DNA of 64,000 nt from an uncultured Candidatus Saccharibacteria bacterium (lineage in GTDB: Bacteria; Patescibacteriota; Saccharimonadia; JAGOAT01; CAYZIP01), in NCBI GenBank assembly GCA_964478695.1, contig CAYZIP010000004.1, positions 401-64,400 on the forward strand, in the 5' to 3' direction. Under the pieces are notes generated by a model that worked only from the letters and a program-made list of their open reading frames with translations, did no database searches and had not been told where the DNA came from. Shown here one piece after another: positions 40,388-49,495 of the stretch (its first letter is position 1; the number at the start of each line of letters is the position of its first letter). The position numbers and the translations under genes are program-made.

Positions 40388-42373
40388 CTATTTTGTTTTC
40401 ATATAGCTACTAACTACTATTTTAATTCTATTGATCTCTACTGGAGTTAGCATCTCTGGGCTTAGTATATCTCTACCAAACATACCTAACCCAGACTGTT
40501 CTGGCCCGAATATTTCTCCTGGCCCTCTGGTAGCTAAATCTGCTTGAGCTAAGGCAAAACCATCATCGACTTTTTCTAGTACCTTTAATCGTTTGATGTC
40601 GCTATTTTTATCAGTAGGAGAAATAAAGCAAAAGCTTTTTAAGCTCGACCTCCCTACCCTTCCTCTAAGCTGATGCAATGTGGATAGTCCAAAAAAATCA
40701 GCCCCCCTAATCCACATCACTGTAGCATTGGCATTATCTATTCCCACTTCTATCATGGTAGTGGCTATTAAAATATCTATCTCCCCAGTAGTAAAACCAG
40801 TCATAATTTCTTCTTTCTCAGCAACCTTTTTTTTACTATGTAAATATTCCACTTGATAATCACTAAACATGGTCTTTATTTCCTCATAAACAGCATGACC
40901 ATTCTCTATCTTGATTTCACTTTCTTCTTCTAGCTGAGCGCTGCCAATACGAGGGATCACTATATATATCTGATGCTTGGCTTTTAATTCTGATTTTATT
41001 TTAGTAATTATTCTACTATCATTTTTATCTAATAGCTGTGTGGTAATAGGTTGTCTTAATTTTTTAATAGTTTCCAAAAATAGTATATGCCTATTGGCAA
41101 AGAGACTCATGGCCAAACTTCTGGGGATAGGAGTAGCACTCATACTAATTAGATGTGGAGTAATATTAAAATCATTTAAGTATTCTTCAAAAAATCGTCT
41201 TTGCTCTACGCCAAATTTATGCTCTTCATCAAAAATGATCAGGCCCACTTGTCCTAAATCAATACCACTTTTAAAAATACTATGAGTAGCAAATAAAAGA
41301 GAGGTTTTTTGACTATTAAAACTAGAAACAATATTGTCTTTTTCACTCTTTTTGTTGGCTGCTGTTAAAATATTAATCTTTTTTTTGATCTTAGTAAAAT
41401 ATAGTAAAGCATTCTGATAATGCTGCCTAACAAGGCTGGCTGTAGGGGCAATGAACAATACTTGTTTATTATTTAAAATAGCATGTATAGCCATCATCAA
41501 AGCTACAATAGTTTTGCCAGAACCCACATCTCCTGTCATTAAAATATTAGCTGCTTCTTTGCTGCTAGTAGTAATAAAGTACCAGATATTTTTCTTCTGA
41601 CTATCTGTTAGCTCATAAGGTAAATTATTAATAAAGCTCTTGAAGTCTTCTTGATGGAATACTAGATCATGAAAAGGTTTATTCCTACTATCTGCTTTAG
41701 CCAGTAAAGATTCATGAATAATAGAGAAAATTCGTTCTGTGGTAATCGTTCGCTGAGCTTTTTTGACCTGCTCTAAATTTTGGGGATAATGTAAGTATTT
41801 AATTGCTTCTTTAGTAGGATATATACCTAGTTCTTTACTAACTAGCTTTGGCAAGTTATCTTTTTGGGTAGAAAAAAGAGCTTCCCAATTACTATGAATT
41901 ATTTTATTAATTTGAAGAGATTTTAGACCAGCAGTAGCAGGATAAAAATTAACAATACCTTGATTATTCTGATCATAATCATTCACAATCTTGGGATTCT
42001 GTATGATTAAACGACCATAAGAAAAATCATACTTACCTCGTAAATAATAGCTTTCTCCTATGCGTAGACTTTTACTTAAGTAAGGCTGATTAAACCAAAC
42101 TACTTTAATCACTCCACTGTTGTCACTAAAAATAGCCTCTATTATGGACAACCTTTTATTTTTTGTTCTACCTATTTTAAAATCATCTAAAGTAGCATAT
42201 ATAAAAATATTCCCTATTTTAAGACTGCTAATATTTTTAATTAACCCATAATCTTCATACCTATAAGGCCAATGTCTTATAAGGTCAGAACTACTATGTA
42301 TATTTAATTTACTAAACTTTTTAATAGTTAAAGGACCTATTAAATGTAATTTCTCTAGGCTAGTATTAACCAC
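40388..42373 (-). CDS. recG: ATP-dependent DNA helicase RecG
   Basis: N-terminal wedge/OB, Walker A GDVGSGKT, DEEH box, helicase C domain; 661 aa. Confidence 0.85.
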   Translation of the reverse strand: MVNTSLEKLHLIGPLTIKKFSKLNIHSSSDLIRHWPYRYEDYGLIKNISSLKIGNIFIYATLDDFKIGRTKNKRLSIIEAIFSDNSGVIKVVWFNQPYLSKSLRIGESYYLRGKYDFSYGRLIIQNPKIVNDYDQNNQGIVNFYPATAGLKSLQINKIIHSNWEALFSTQKDNLPKLVSKELGIYPTKEAIKYLHYPQNLEQVKKAQRTITTERIFSIIHESLLAKADSRNKPFHDLVFHQEDFKSFINNLPYELTDSQKKNIWYFITTSSKEAANILMTGDVGSGKTIVALMMAIHAILNNKQVLFIAPTASLVRQHYQNALLYFTKIKKKINILTAANKKSEKDNIVSSFNSQKTSLLFATHSIFKSGIDLGQVGLIIFDEEHKFGVEQRRFFEEYLNDFNITPHLISMSATPIPRSLAMSLFANRHILFLETIKKLRQPITTQLLDKNDSRIITKIKSELKAKHQIYIVIPRIGSAQLEEESEIKIENGHAVYEEIKTMFSDYQVEYLHSKKKVAEKEEIMTGFTTGEIDILIATTMIEVGIDNANATVMWIRGADFFGLSTLHQLRGRVGRSSLKSFCFISPTDKNSDIKRLKVLEKVDDGFALAQADLATRGPGEIFGPEQSGLGMFGRDILSPEMLTPVEINRIKIVVSSYMKTK

Positions 42374-42399
42374 TATTGTGCCTTTCTGATTAAGGATTC

Positions 42400-43584
42400 T
42401 TAAGTCACTATAAAATGCCTGAGTTTACCAATAGATAATATATCTTTACTCTGGATCACCATAGTATCTGATACTAATATTTTTCCATTATGCTTTAGCC
42501 CTTTTTGAGACAAAAGCCTTCTAGTTTCAGATTTGCTAAGTTTAAATAAATTTGAATATAAATCTATCACTATATGTGATCCATAATCTAGAGCCACACT
42601 AGACATGTCATCGCTACTGATCACCTTATCACTAAAGCGCTGGACCCATTTATCATGAGCCCTAGAAGCATGTTCTACCCCATGATATATGCTAGTAATA
42701 TTACTGGCTAATAGCAATTTAATATCTCTAGGATTGGCTCCGTTCTCGATTTCTTTTACTAAAGCATTAGTCTCATCCACGCTAAAACTACTGCACTTAT
42801 CCATATATATTTTTAAGTTATCATCGCTAACCATCATGAGTTTAGCAAACATCTCATCAGCGCTATCTTTTAGATTAATCACATTCCCCCAGCTAGAACT
42901 CATCTTACGGCCATCTGTGCCTATTAATAGACCAAATGTCATTAGGCTTTGTGGCTTTTGTCCGAAATGCCTTTGCAGAACTCTACCAGCATGAAGATTG
43001 AAAAGCTGGTCTGTTCCCCCTAATTCAATATCTGCTCTTAATACTACAGAATCATAGCCTTGCATTAAGGGATACATAAATTCTTTAAGACTAATTGGTT
43101 TATTGGCCTTAATCCTTTTAGAGAAATTATCGCGCTCTATCATCTGAGCAACAGTAAATAAATCACTTAATTCTAGAACATCATCTAGCTTAAGCCCCTC
43201 TAGCCACTGGCTATTATAATGAATTTCAGCTTGATCCAAATCTATTATTAAACCTATTTGATCTATATAATCTTTCATATTACTAATAATTTGTTTTTTA
43301 CTCAAAGGCTTTCTTTCACTATCTTTATCACTAGCATCACCTATTTGAGCTGTAAAATCTCCTATTACCAATACCACCTTGTGTCCTAGGTTTTGAAACT
43401 GTTTTAACTTATGTAGAGGAATAGCTCTTCCTAGATGAATATTTCCACTAGTAGGATCTATGCCCAATTTTACTCTTAATTTCTTGGTTTTAAGATCTTT
43501 TATTAGATCTTCTTTACCAACAATATGTTCCACGTTTCTAGATAATAGTTCATCTATTAATCTATCTCTAACTTCTTTATTCAT
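42400..43584 (-). CDS. tyrS: Tyrosyl-tRNA synthetase
   Basis: HIGH-like NIHLG, GDFTAQIGDAS, KMSSS (KMSKS), C-terminal S4-like domain. Confidence 0.85.
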   Translation of the reverse strand: MNKEVRDRLIDELLSRNVEHIVGKEDLIKDLKTKKLRVKLGIDPTSGNIHLGRAIPLHKLKQFQNLGHKVVLVIGDFTAQIGDASDKDSERKPLSKKQIISNMKDYIDQIGLIIDLDQAEIHYNSQWLEGLKLDDVLELSDLFTVAQMIERDNFSKRIKANKPISLKEFMYPLMQGYDSVVLRADIELGGTDQLFNLHAGRVLQRHFGQKPQSLMTFGLLIGTDGRKMSSSWGNVINLKDSADEMFAKLMMVSDDNLKIYMDKCSSFSVDETNALVKEIENGANPRDIKLLLASNITSIYHGVEHASRAHDKWVQRFSDKVISSDDMSSVALDYGSHIVIDLYSNLFKLSKSETRRLLSQKGLKHNGKILVSDTMVIQSKDILSIGKLRHFIVT

Positions 43585-43694
43585 ATGTATAGATTACTAT
43601 ATAATTTATTATCAACGAAATATCTTTAAAATAACTTAAGAGCTATAGTTGAAAGAGACGAATTAAGTGTGAGATAATTATAAATAATATTGCT

Positions 43695-46589
43695 ATGCCA
43701 AATAAGAATACTCCCAAAAAAGCTCGTCAAGTTAATCGTAGTAGTTCCTTTAATAGAAATATAGATAATAGAATCACCTCTAGAACTGCTACTAAAAAGC
43801 AAAAAAAAACTATTAAACTAAAAGAATCCAATTGGCAAAAGACTAGATTAAAATTCAGCCGAATAGGGAAAAAGAACCCTAAAAATAAGAAAAGCAAAGT
43901 TAAAAAACTATTAAGAATAGCTATTATAATAGCTATTATAGGATTCATAGCCGCTTTAGCTATATTCCTATGGTATGCCAAGGACTTACCTAGTCCTGAT
44001 AAAATCAATAGCAAATTTAATTCTGAACAAACTACTAAGCTATATGACCGTACTGGTAATACCCTGCTATATGAAATATATGGAGATAAAAATCGTACTA
44101 TAGTGGGCTTTGATAAAATGTCAAAACATATCAAAGATGCTACTGTAGCCATAGAAGATAAAGATTTTTATAAACATGGAGCATTTAGCCCACAGGGCAT
44201 AGTAAGAGCCTTTTACTTCACATTAGTAAAGCGTAATACCCAGGGAGGCTCTACTATTACGCAGCAGTTAGTAAAGAATGCACTATTAACAAATGAGAGA
44301 ACTGTCCCCAGAAAAATTAAAGAACTCATACTGGCCATAGAAATCGAACAGATATATAAAAAAGACGATATATTGAAAATATACCTAAACGAAATACCAT
44401 ATGGCTCTACTACTTATGGAGTGCAGGCAGCAGCTAAGTCCTACTTTGATAAAGACGCTATAGACCTAGATATAGCTGAGTCTGCTATGCTAGCTTCTCT
44501 CCCCCAAAGACCAACTTATTATTCCCCTTACTTTGGGAATACAGAGGCTCTAGTGGCTCGTCAAAAATTAGTACTAAGTAAAATGCTAGATCAGAAATAC
44601 ATTTCACAACAAGAGTATGACGAGGCTATTAAGGTGGATATTCTAGCCAAAATCAAACCCCGTAGAGCTTATGTGGATGCTAAAGCTCCTCATTTTGTTG
44701 AATATGTAAGGTCACAATTAGAACAAAAATATGGTATTAAAAAGGTAAATGAAGGTGGCTTAAAAGTAATCACTTCACTAGACATTGGCAAACAAGAGCT
44801 AGCTGAGCGAACTATCAATGAACAAATGACCAATGTCCGTAATCTTGGAGGATCAAATGTGGGGTTGGTAGCATCGAACCCTCAAACTGGTGAAATACTG
44901 GCCATGGTTGGTAGCCATGATTATAGTGAACCTAACTATGGTAATGTCAATGTAACTACATCACTAAGACAGCCTGGATCTAGCATCAAGCCCATAGTTT
45001 ATTCTTCTTTATTTAAAGGAAATTGGGGGCCAGGTAGTACAGTTTATGACGTGCCTACAGACTTTGGCTATAACAATTATAAGCCTCATAATTATACTCG
45101 TAAAAATTATGGAGCCATATCTTTTAGACAAGCTATTGGCTCTTCCTTAAATATCCCAGCCGTAAAAGCCATCATGATTGGAGGTATACCAGAAACATTA
45201 CAAACTGCCACTGATATGGGTATAACTACCATAGGAAACTTTCAAAATTATGGCCCGAGCTTTGCTCTAGGAGCTAGTGAAGTTAAGCTCACAGATATGA
45301 TACAGGCTTATAGTGTCTTAGCCATGGGAGGCAATAAAATAGACCAAAGATCAATATTAAAAATCACCCAAGTAGACCCTAGAGGAAAAGAAAGTGTCCT
45401 AGAGGATTTTAAGGCTGATAAAATAAAATCTACACCTGTATTAGATCCTCAAATTGCTTTTTTGGTAACAGATATGATGAGTGATAATAACGCTAGAACA
45501 TCTCTAGGTCTATGGGGAGTAAACAACCCTATGTACTTAGGCAATAGGCCAGCTGCAGTAAAAACCGGTACGACCGAATATTTCAATGATGCCTGGGCCA
45601 TTGGGTTTACGCCTAGTTTTGTTACTGGAATATGGGTTGGAAATAATGATAACGCTCCCATGCTTTCTTCTAGTGGAGCTATAGCTGCCCCTATTTGGAA
45701 TAAATATATGCGCGAAGCATTGTCCGGACAACCAATAGAACAATTCTCTAGGCCGGCTGGTATTCAAGAAATTACTATTGATGGATTTACTGGTAAAGCT
45801 GTTACCCCCGCTACTAAACAACAAAGAAAAGATCTATTCCCCAGCTGGTATAAAGTCATACCGGCCAAAGATGGCAAAAAAGCTGTAATAGACAAAGTCA
45901 GCAAAAAACTAGCTACTGACTGTACCCCTGTCGATGCCAGAGAAGAAGTATCTTCATCTTATATACAAGCCGAAATTGATCCTGGTAACCCTAACTTTAA
46001 TAACTGGAATGCCCCCGTTCAAGCTTTAGCTGGCAGTCTTGGAAGTACCATAGGAGCTATCCCCACAGAGAACGATGATGTGCATAGCTGCTCTGATGCC
46101 CTACCGGGCATTAGTATTAGCTCTACTGGAGGAGGCCCAACATATACTATTGTGATGAATATATCAGCTGGTACTCATCCCTTAAAAGAGGCTATTATTT
46201 TAGCTGATAATAATCCAGCTCTCAGAATAGATATTACTAGCCCTGGAACATATAACACCACATATACCTTTAACACACCTGGAGCGCACTATCTCAGTGC
46301 TAAAATAGTGGATCAAGCCCTATATAGCAGCGGGTCCAATACCATCAATGTATCTTCTGCCAATGCTCCGGCTGGGTCCATCAACTGTGCCGGGAATACT
46401 TGTAGTGTTAGCGCTAGCAATGTAGCTCCTTATACCATTGCTCAGGTGGAGCTATTTTATAATGGAGTGAGTCAAGGAGTGGATAATACCATGCCATATA
46501 GCTGGGGAGGGTTTAATAATAACCTAACAGGCAATGTTACGGCTACTATTACTAATAGTGCTGGAGTTAGTACTAACCTTAGCTTCTAA
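43695..46589 (+). CDS. Class A penicillin-binding protein (PBP1A-type transglycosylase/transpeptidase) with a Lys-rich N-terminal tail and a C-terminal extension of about 240 aa rich in Gly/Ser/Thr/Asn
   Basis: N-terminal TM, GT51 motifs (EDKDFYKHGA, GGSTITQQLVKN), transpeptidase SSIK and KTGTT; C-terminal region has repeat-like beta-rich sequence. Confidence 0.88.
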   Translation: MPNKNTPKKARQVNRSSSFNRNIDNRITSRTATKKQKKTIKLKESNWQKTRLKFSRIGKKNPKNKKSKVKKLLRIAIIIAIIGFIAALAIFLWYAKDLPSPDKINSKFNSEQTTKLYDRTGNTLLYEIYGDKNRTIVGFDKMSKHIKDATVAIEDKDFYKHGAFSPQGIVRAFYFTLVKRNTQGGSTITQQLVKNALLTNERTVPRKIKELILAIEIEQIYKKDDILKIYLNEIPYGSTTYGVQAAAKSYFDKDAIDLDIAESAMLASLPQRPTYYSPYFGNTEALVARQKLVLSKMLDQKYISQQEYDEAIKVDILAKIKPRRAYVDAKAPHFVEYVRSQLEQKYGIKKVNEGGLKVITSLDIGKQELAERTINEQMTNVRNLGGSNVGLVASNPQTGEILAMVGSHDYSEPNYGNVNVTTSLRQPGSSIKPIVYSSLFKGNWGPGSTVYDVPTDFGYNNYKPHNYTRKNYGAISFRQAIGSSLNIPAVKAIMIGGIPETLQTATDMGITTIGNFQNYGPSFALGASEVKLTDMIQAYSVLAMGGNKIDQRSILKITQVDPRGKESVLEDFKADKIKSTPVLDPQIAFLVTDMMSDNNARTSLGLWGVNNPMYLGNRPAAVKTGTTEYFNDAWAIGFTPSFVTGIWVGNNDNAPMLSSSGAIAAPIWNKYMREALSGQPIEQFSRPAGIQEITIDGFTGKAVTPATKQQRKDLFPSWYKVIPAKDGKKAVIDKVSKKLATDCTPVDAREEVSSSYIQAEIDPGNPNFNNWNAPVQALAGSLGSTIGAIPTENDDVHSCSDALPGISISSTGGGPTYTIVMNISAGTHPLKEAIILADNNPALRIDITSPGTYNTTYTFNTPGAHYLSAKIVDQALYSSGSNTINVSSANAPAGSINCAGNTCSVSASNVAPYTIAQVELFYNGVSQGVDNTMPYSWGGFNNNLTGNVTATITNSAGVSTNLSF

Positions 46590-46732
46590 ACTCTAGAATT
46601 TTATTATTTCAACAATATTAAGCTTTTCTTTAGCGCTAAATATTTAATAGTCGCCAAAGCTTTGTAGTAGAAATAATGATAAAAATATTACTTTTACAGC
46701 TTGGTTTCTCTTGGTTCTTATAGCTAAAACCT

Positions 46733-47152
46733 CTAGTCGTTTGAATCAACAACTGTCAAAAAAGCTTGTCTCCATCCTCTGTATTGATGGTTGCCATTTA
46801 ATTTACCATTATCAGGGTTAATGGCCTTTTTGTCTATCTGCTTTGCATAGAGATCAGCTGGGATATCATTAATCTTCTTTACTATAGCCAGTAATCCTCC
46901 ATTACCATCATGCATACTTTTAGCAATTTTAGCGATAGTAGCAGAGCTAACTCCTGTCTTTTTAGTGATGTCTCTATAACTAGATCCTTCATACAACATC
47001 TTGGCTACCCGTAAACGATCAGCGAAAGCACTAATTTCTGTAGATGATGTCAAATCTCTTAAAAAGCGGTAGCACTGATCTCTGTCTTCTATCGATAATA
47101 TGGCTCTAATGAGATCTCTAACCTTGTCTGAATCAAATGCTTTGCCTTTCAT
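46733..47152 (-). CDS. TrpR-like DNA-binding protein of the YerC/YecD family
   Basis: ISAFADRLRVAKMLYEGSSYRDITKKTGVSSATIAKIAKS helix-turn-helix region characteristic of YerC/YecD. Confidence 0.65.
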   Translation of the reverse strand: MKGKAFDSDKVRDLIRAILSIEDRDQCYRFLRDLTSSTEISAFADRLRVAKMLYEGSSYRDITKKTGVSSATIAKIAKSMHDGNGGLLAIVKKINDIPADLYAKQIDKKAINPDNGKLNGNHQYRGWRQAFLTVVDSND

Positions 47153-47471
47153 ATTTACTATTATAAATGATATTCATATAGTTTTTGCAATAATCTTAAT
47201 TCTTGCCCAATAAATATCTGATTCTTTGTAGGCTTAAAATGACCTAATATTATATTTCAATCTCTTTCATCTCTATAAAAATAATGTAAAGTTAATCTAA
47301 AGATACACGCTAGATGCCTAAAGATTTTTTAGCTACATTAATCTAGTCTCTGTTTTAAGGCTGACTATTAAATGATTTAGTGGCCCAAAAAAGGCTTACT
47401 TAAGCTCCTAACTCATGAAATTGTTTTTAATATGATAACAAAGAAAAGAGGCCTAAGGCATATAGTAAAAC

Positions 47472-48152
47472 CTAAACTATTTCAGCAAAAATCATTTTCC
47501 CAGCACTAGTTTGAAATATTTTATTAACAACAATATTAACATTCTTATTAATCATTTTGGAGGCTTTATCCACTACAATCATAGTTCCATCTGGTAAATA
47601 CCCTACCCCTTGTCCCTTTTCTTTTCCAGCTTGAATAATTTTAATATTAAATTTCTCTCCTGGAATCAGCACGGCTTTTAAGCTATTGGCCAAATCATTA
47701 ATATTGAGTACTCCAATACCTTCGACTGATGCTACTTTGTTTAAATTATAATCCGTAGTAATAATATTGGCCTTATATTTATTGGCTAAATAAATTAATT
47801 TACTATCTACTTCTTTAATATGAACAGGGTCCTCATCTATGACTTTATGTTTGGCTAGCTGGACAATCTGATTTAATACTTCTAGCCCCCTTCTCCCCCT
47901 AAGCCGTCTGATACTATCAGTACTATCGGCAATATTTTGTAGTTCTAATAATACAAATCTGGGGGTGATTAATTCAAAGTTTAAAAAACCACTAGAAACC
48001 ACATCCAATAAACGTCCATCTATTAAAACCGAAGTATCGATTAAAACCTGTTTTTCGTTTTTAATGATGGGGGTATTACTATTTTTTAATAACTGTAGTA
48101 TCATTAATGCTAATATCACTACCAGCATTAATATAATTAAATAATCTAACAT
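47472..48152 (-). CDS. yacL: PIN/TRAM-domain membrane-anchored protein (YacL-like)
   Basis: N-terminal TM, PIN core (LIDTSVLIDGR, ITTDYNLNKVA), C-terminal TRAM-like beta domain; conserved position downstream of radA. Confidence 0.7.
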   Translation of the reverse strand: MLDYLIILMLVVILALMILQLLKNSNTPIIKNEKQVLIDTSVLIDGRLLDVVSSGFLNFELITPRFVLLELQNIADSTDSIRRLRGRRGLEVLNQIVQLAKHKVIDEDPVHIKEVDSKLIYLANKYKANIITTDYNLNKVASVEGIGVLNINDLANSLKAVLIPGEKFNIKIIQAGKEKGQGVGYLPDGTMIVVDKASKMINKNVNIVVNKIFQTSAGKMIFAEIV

Positions 48153-48154
48153 AT

Positions 48155-49495
48155 TTATTCTCCTTTTTTCTCTTTAATCCAAGACACCAAATCTTTAATT
48201 TGGTTAAAGCCAATATAGCTTATGTCCTGATCTTTATTTTTATAATTACTTGGGCCGATAATATATTTAATGCCATATTTCTTAGCTTCATTAAGCCTAT
48301 CAGCCATATAGCTGCACTTTCTAATCTCTCCCCCTAGTCCTATCTCTCCCAAAGCTAAATAATTGGAAGGAATAATATAATTATAATAACTACTCATAAT
48401 AGCTAGTGCTGCTGCTAGGTCTAGGCCAGGATCTGTGACCTTAACTCCTCCAATTATATTAACATAAACATCTAAATTCCCTAATTTAGTCATATTACCT
48501 CTTTTGCTTAATATGGCTACTAGCATATTTAGTCTAGCCAGATCTACCCCGCTACTACTCCTTTTAGCAAAACCAAAACTAGTGGTCGATGTGAGGGCCT
48601 GTACTTCTAATATCAATGGTCTTTGCGCCTCTTTTAAAGAAAAGAATACACTACCAGCAAAGTCTTGCTTTTCGGACATTAAAAATTTACTAATATCATC
48701 TACGGCCATTAGCCCACTACTAGCCATTTCAAATCCAGCTATCTCTCCAGTCGATCCAAAGCGATTCTTAATAGATTTTAAATAACGTACTGTGCCATTA
48801 GAATCTCCTGTAAAGAATAATACTGTGTCTACTAAATGCTCTAAAGCTTTAGGTCCAGCCAAAGCTCCACTTTTAGTAATATGGCCTACAATGATAAAAG
48901 CTGTATTACTACTTTTGGCTATAGCCAATATTTGAGCAGTATTATGGACTATTTGATTAATAGTACTAATCATCATACCCCCTGAACCAAATGTCTGAAT
49001 AGAATCTATCACTACCACCGCTGGCAACTCTTTTTGTACTAATTCTCTGAGTTTATCTAAGCTATTAGTATTAATAATGTCAAAGTTTAGATTCTTTAGT
49101 CCCAACCTATGAGCTCTATCAGATACCTGGTAGCTAGTCTCCTCTCCACTCACATACAGGGCTTTATGTTTAGCGCTGATATTATCTATCACCTTTAATA
49201 GCAAAGTTGATTTTCCTATGCCAGGGTCTCCAGCTAGCAGTGTCAAAGACCCAGGCATAATTCCTCCACCCAAGACCATATCTAATCCGTTAATATCTGT
49301 GGCTAATCTTTTTTGATCAGACTTACTGATTTTATTGTCACTAGCCTTTACTCGATTAAAATTATCTATAACATTAGCAGTAGAAACATTCTCTATAATC
49401 GTATTCCAGCCACTACAGCTACTACATTGCCCTTGCCATTTAATATAGCTAGCACTACATTCGCTGCAAATAAATGTTATTTTTTCTTTGGGCAT
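48155..49495 (-). CDS. radA: DNA repair protein RadA/Sms
   Basis: N-terminal C4 zinc finger (CSECSASY...CSSCSGW), Walker A GDPGIGKST, KNRFG motif, Lon-like C-domain. Confidence 0.92.
   Translation of the reverse strand: MPKEKITFICSECSASYIKWQGQCSSCSGWNTIIENVSTANVIDNFNRVKASDNKISKSDQKRLATDINGLDMVLGGGIMPGSLTLLAGDPGIGKSTLLLKVIDNISAKHKALYVSGEETSYQVSDRAHRLGLKNLNFDIINTNSLDKLRELVQKELPAVVVIDSIQTFGSGGMMISTINQIVHNTAQILAIAKSSNTAFIIVGHITKSGALAGPKALEHLVDTVLFFTGDSNGTVRYLKSIKNRFGSTGEIAGFEMASSGLMAVDDISKFLMSEKQDFAGSVFFSLKEAQRPLILEVQALTSTTSFGFAKRSSSGVDLARLNMLVAILSKRGNMTKLGNLDVYVNIIGGVKVTDPGLDLAAALAIMSSYYNYIIPSNYLALGEIGLGGEIRKCSYMADRLNEAKKYGIKYIIGPSNYKNKDQDISYIGFNQIKDLVSWIKEKKGE

Noticed and set aside
45600-46589. 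Horizontal transfer of the PBP C-terminal region, suggested by its higher GC
   Set aside because: The shift is gradual and largely explained by Gly/Ala/Ser/Pro-rich composition, and the reading frame is continuous with a clearly native PBP.
46590-46732. Palindromes TTTAGCGCTAAA and AAGCTTT...AAAGCTT between the convergent PBP and yerC-like genes, considered as a bidirectional terminator
   Set aside because: The stems are short and AT-rich with a 28-nt loop and no clear U-tracts, so this cannot be supported as a terminator.
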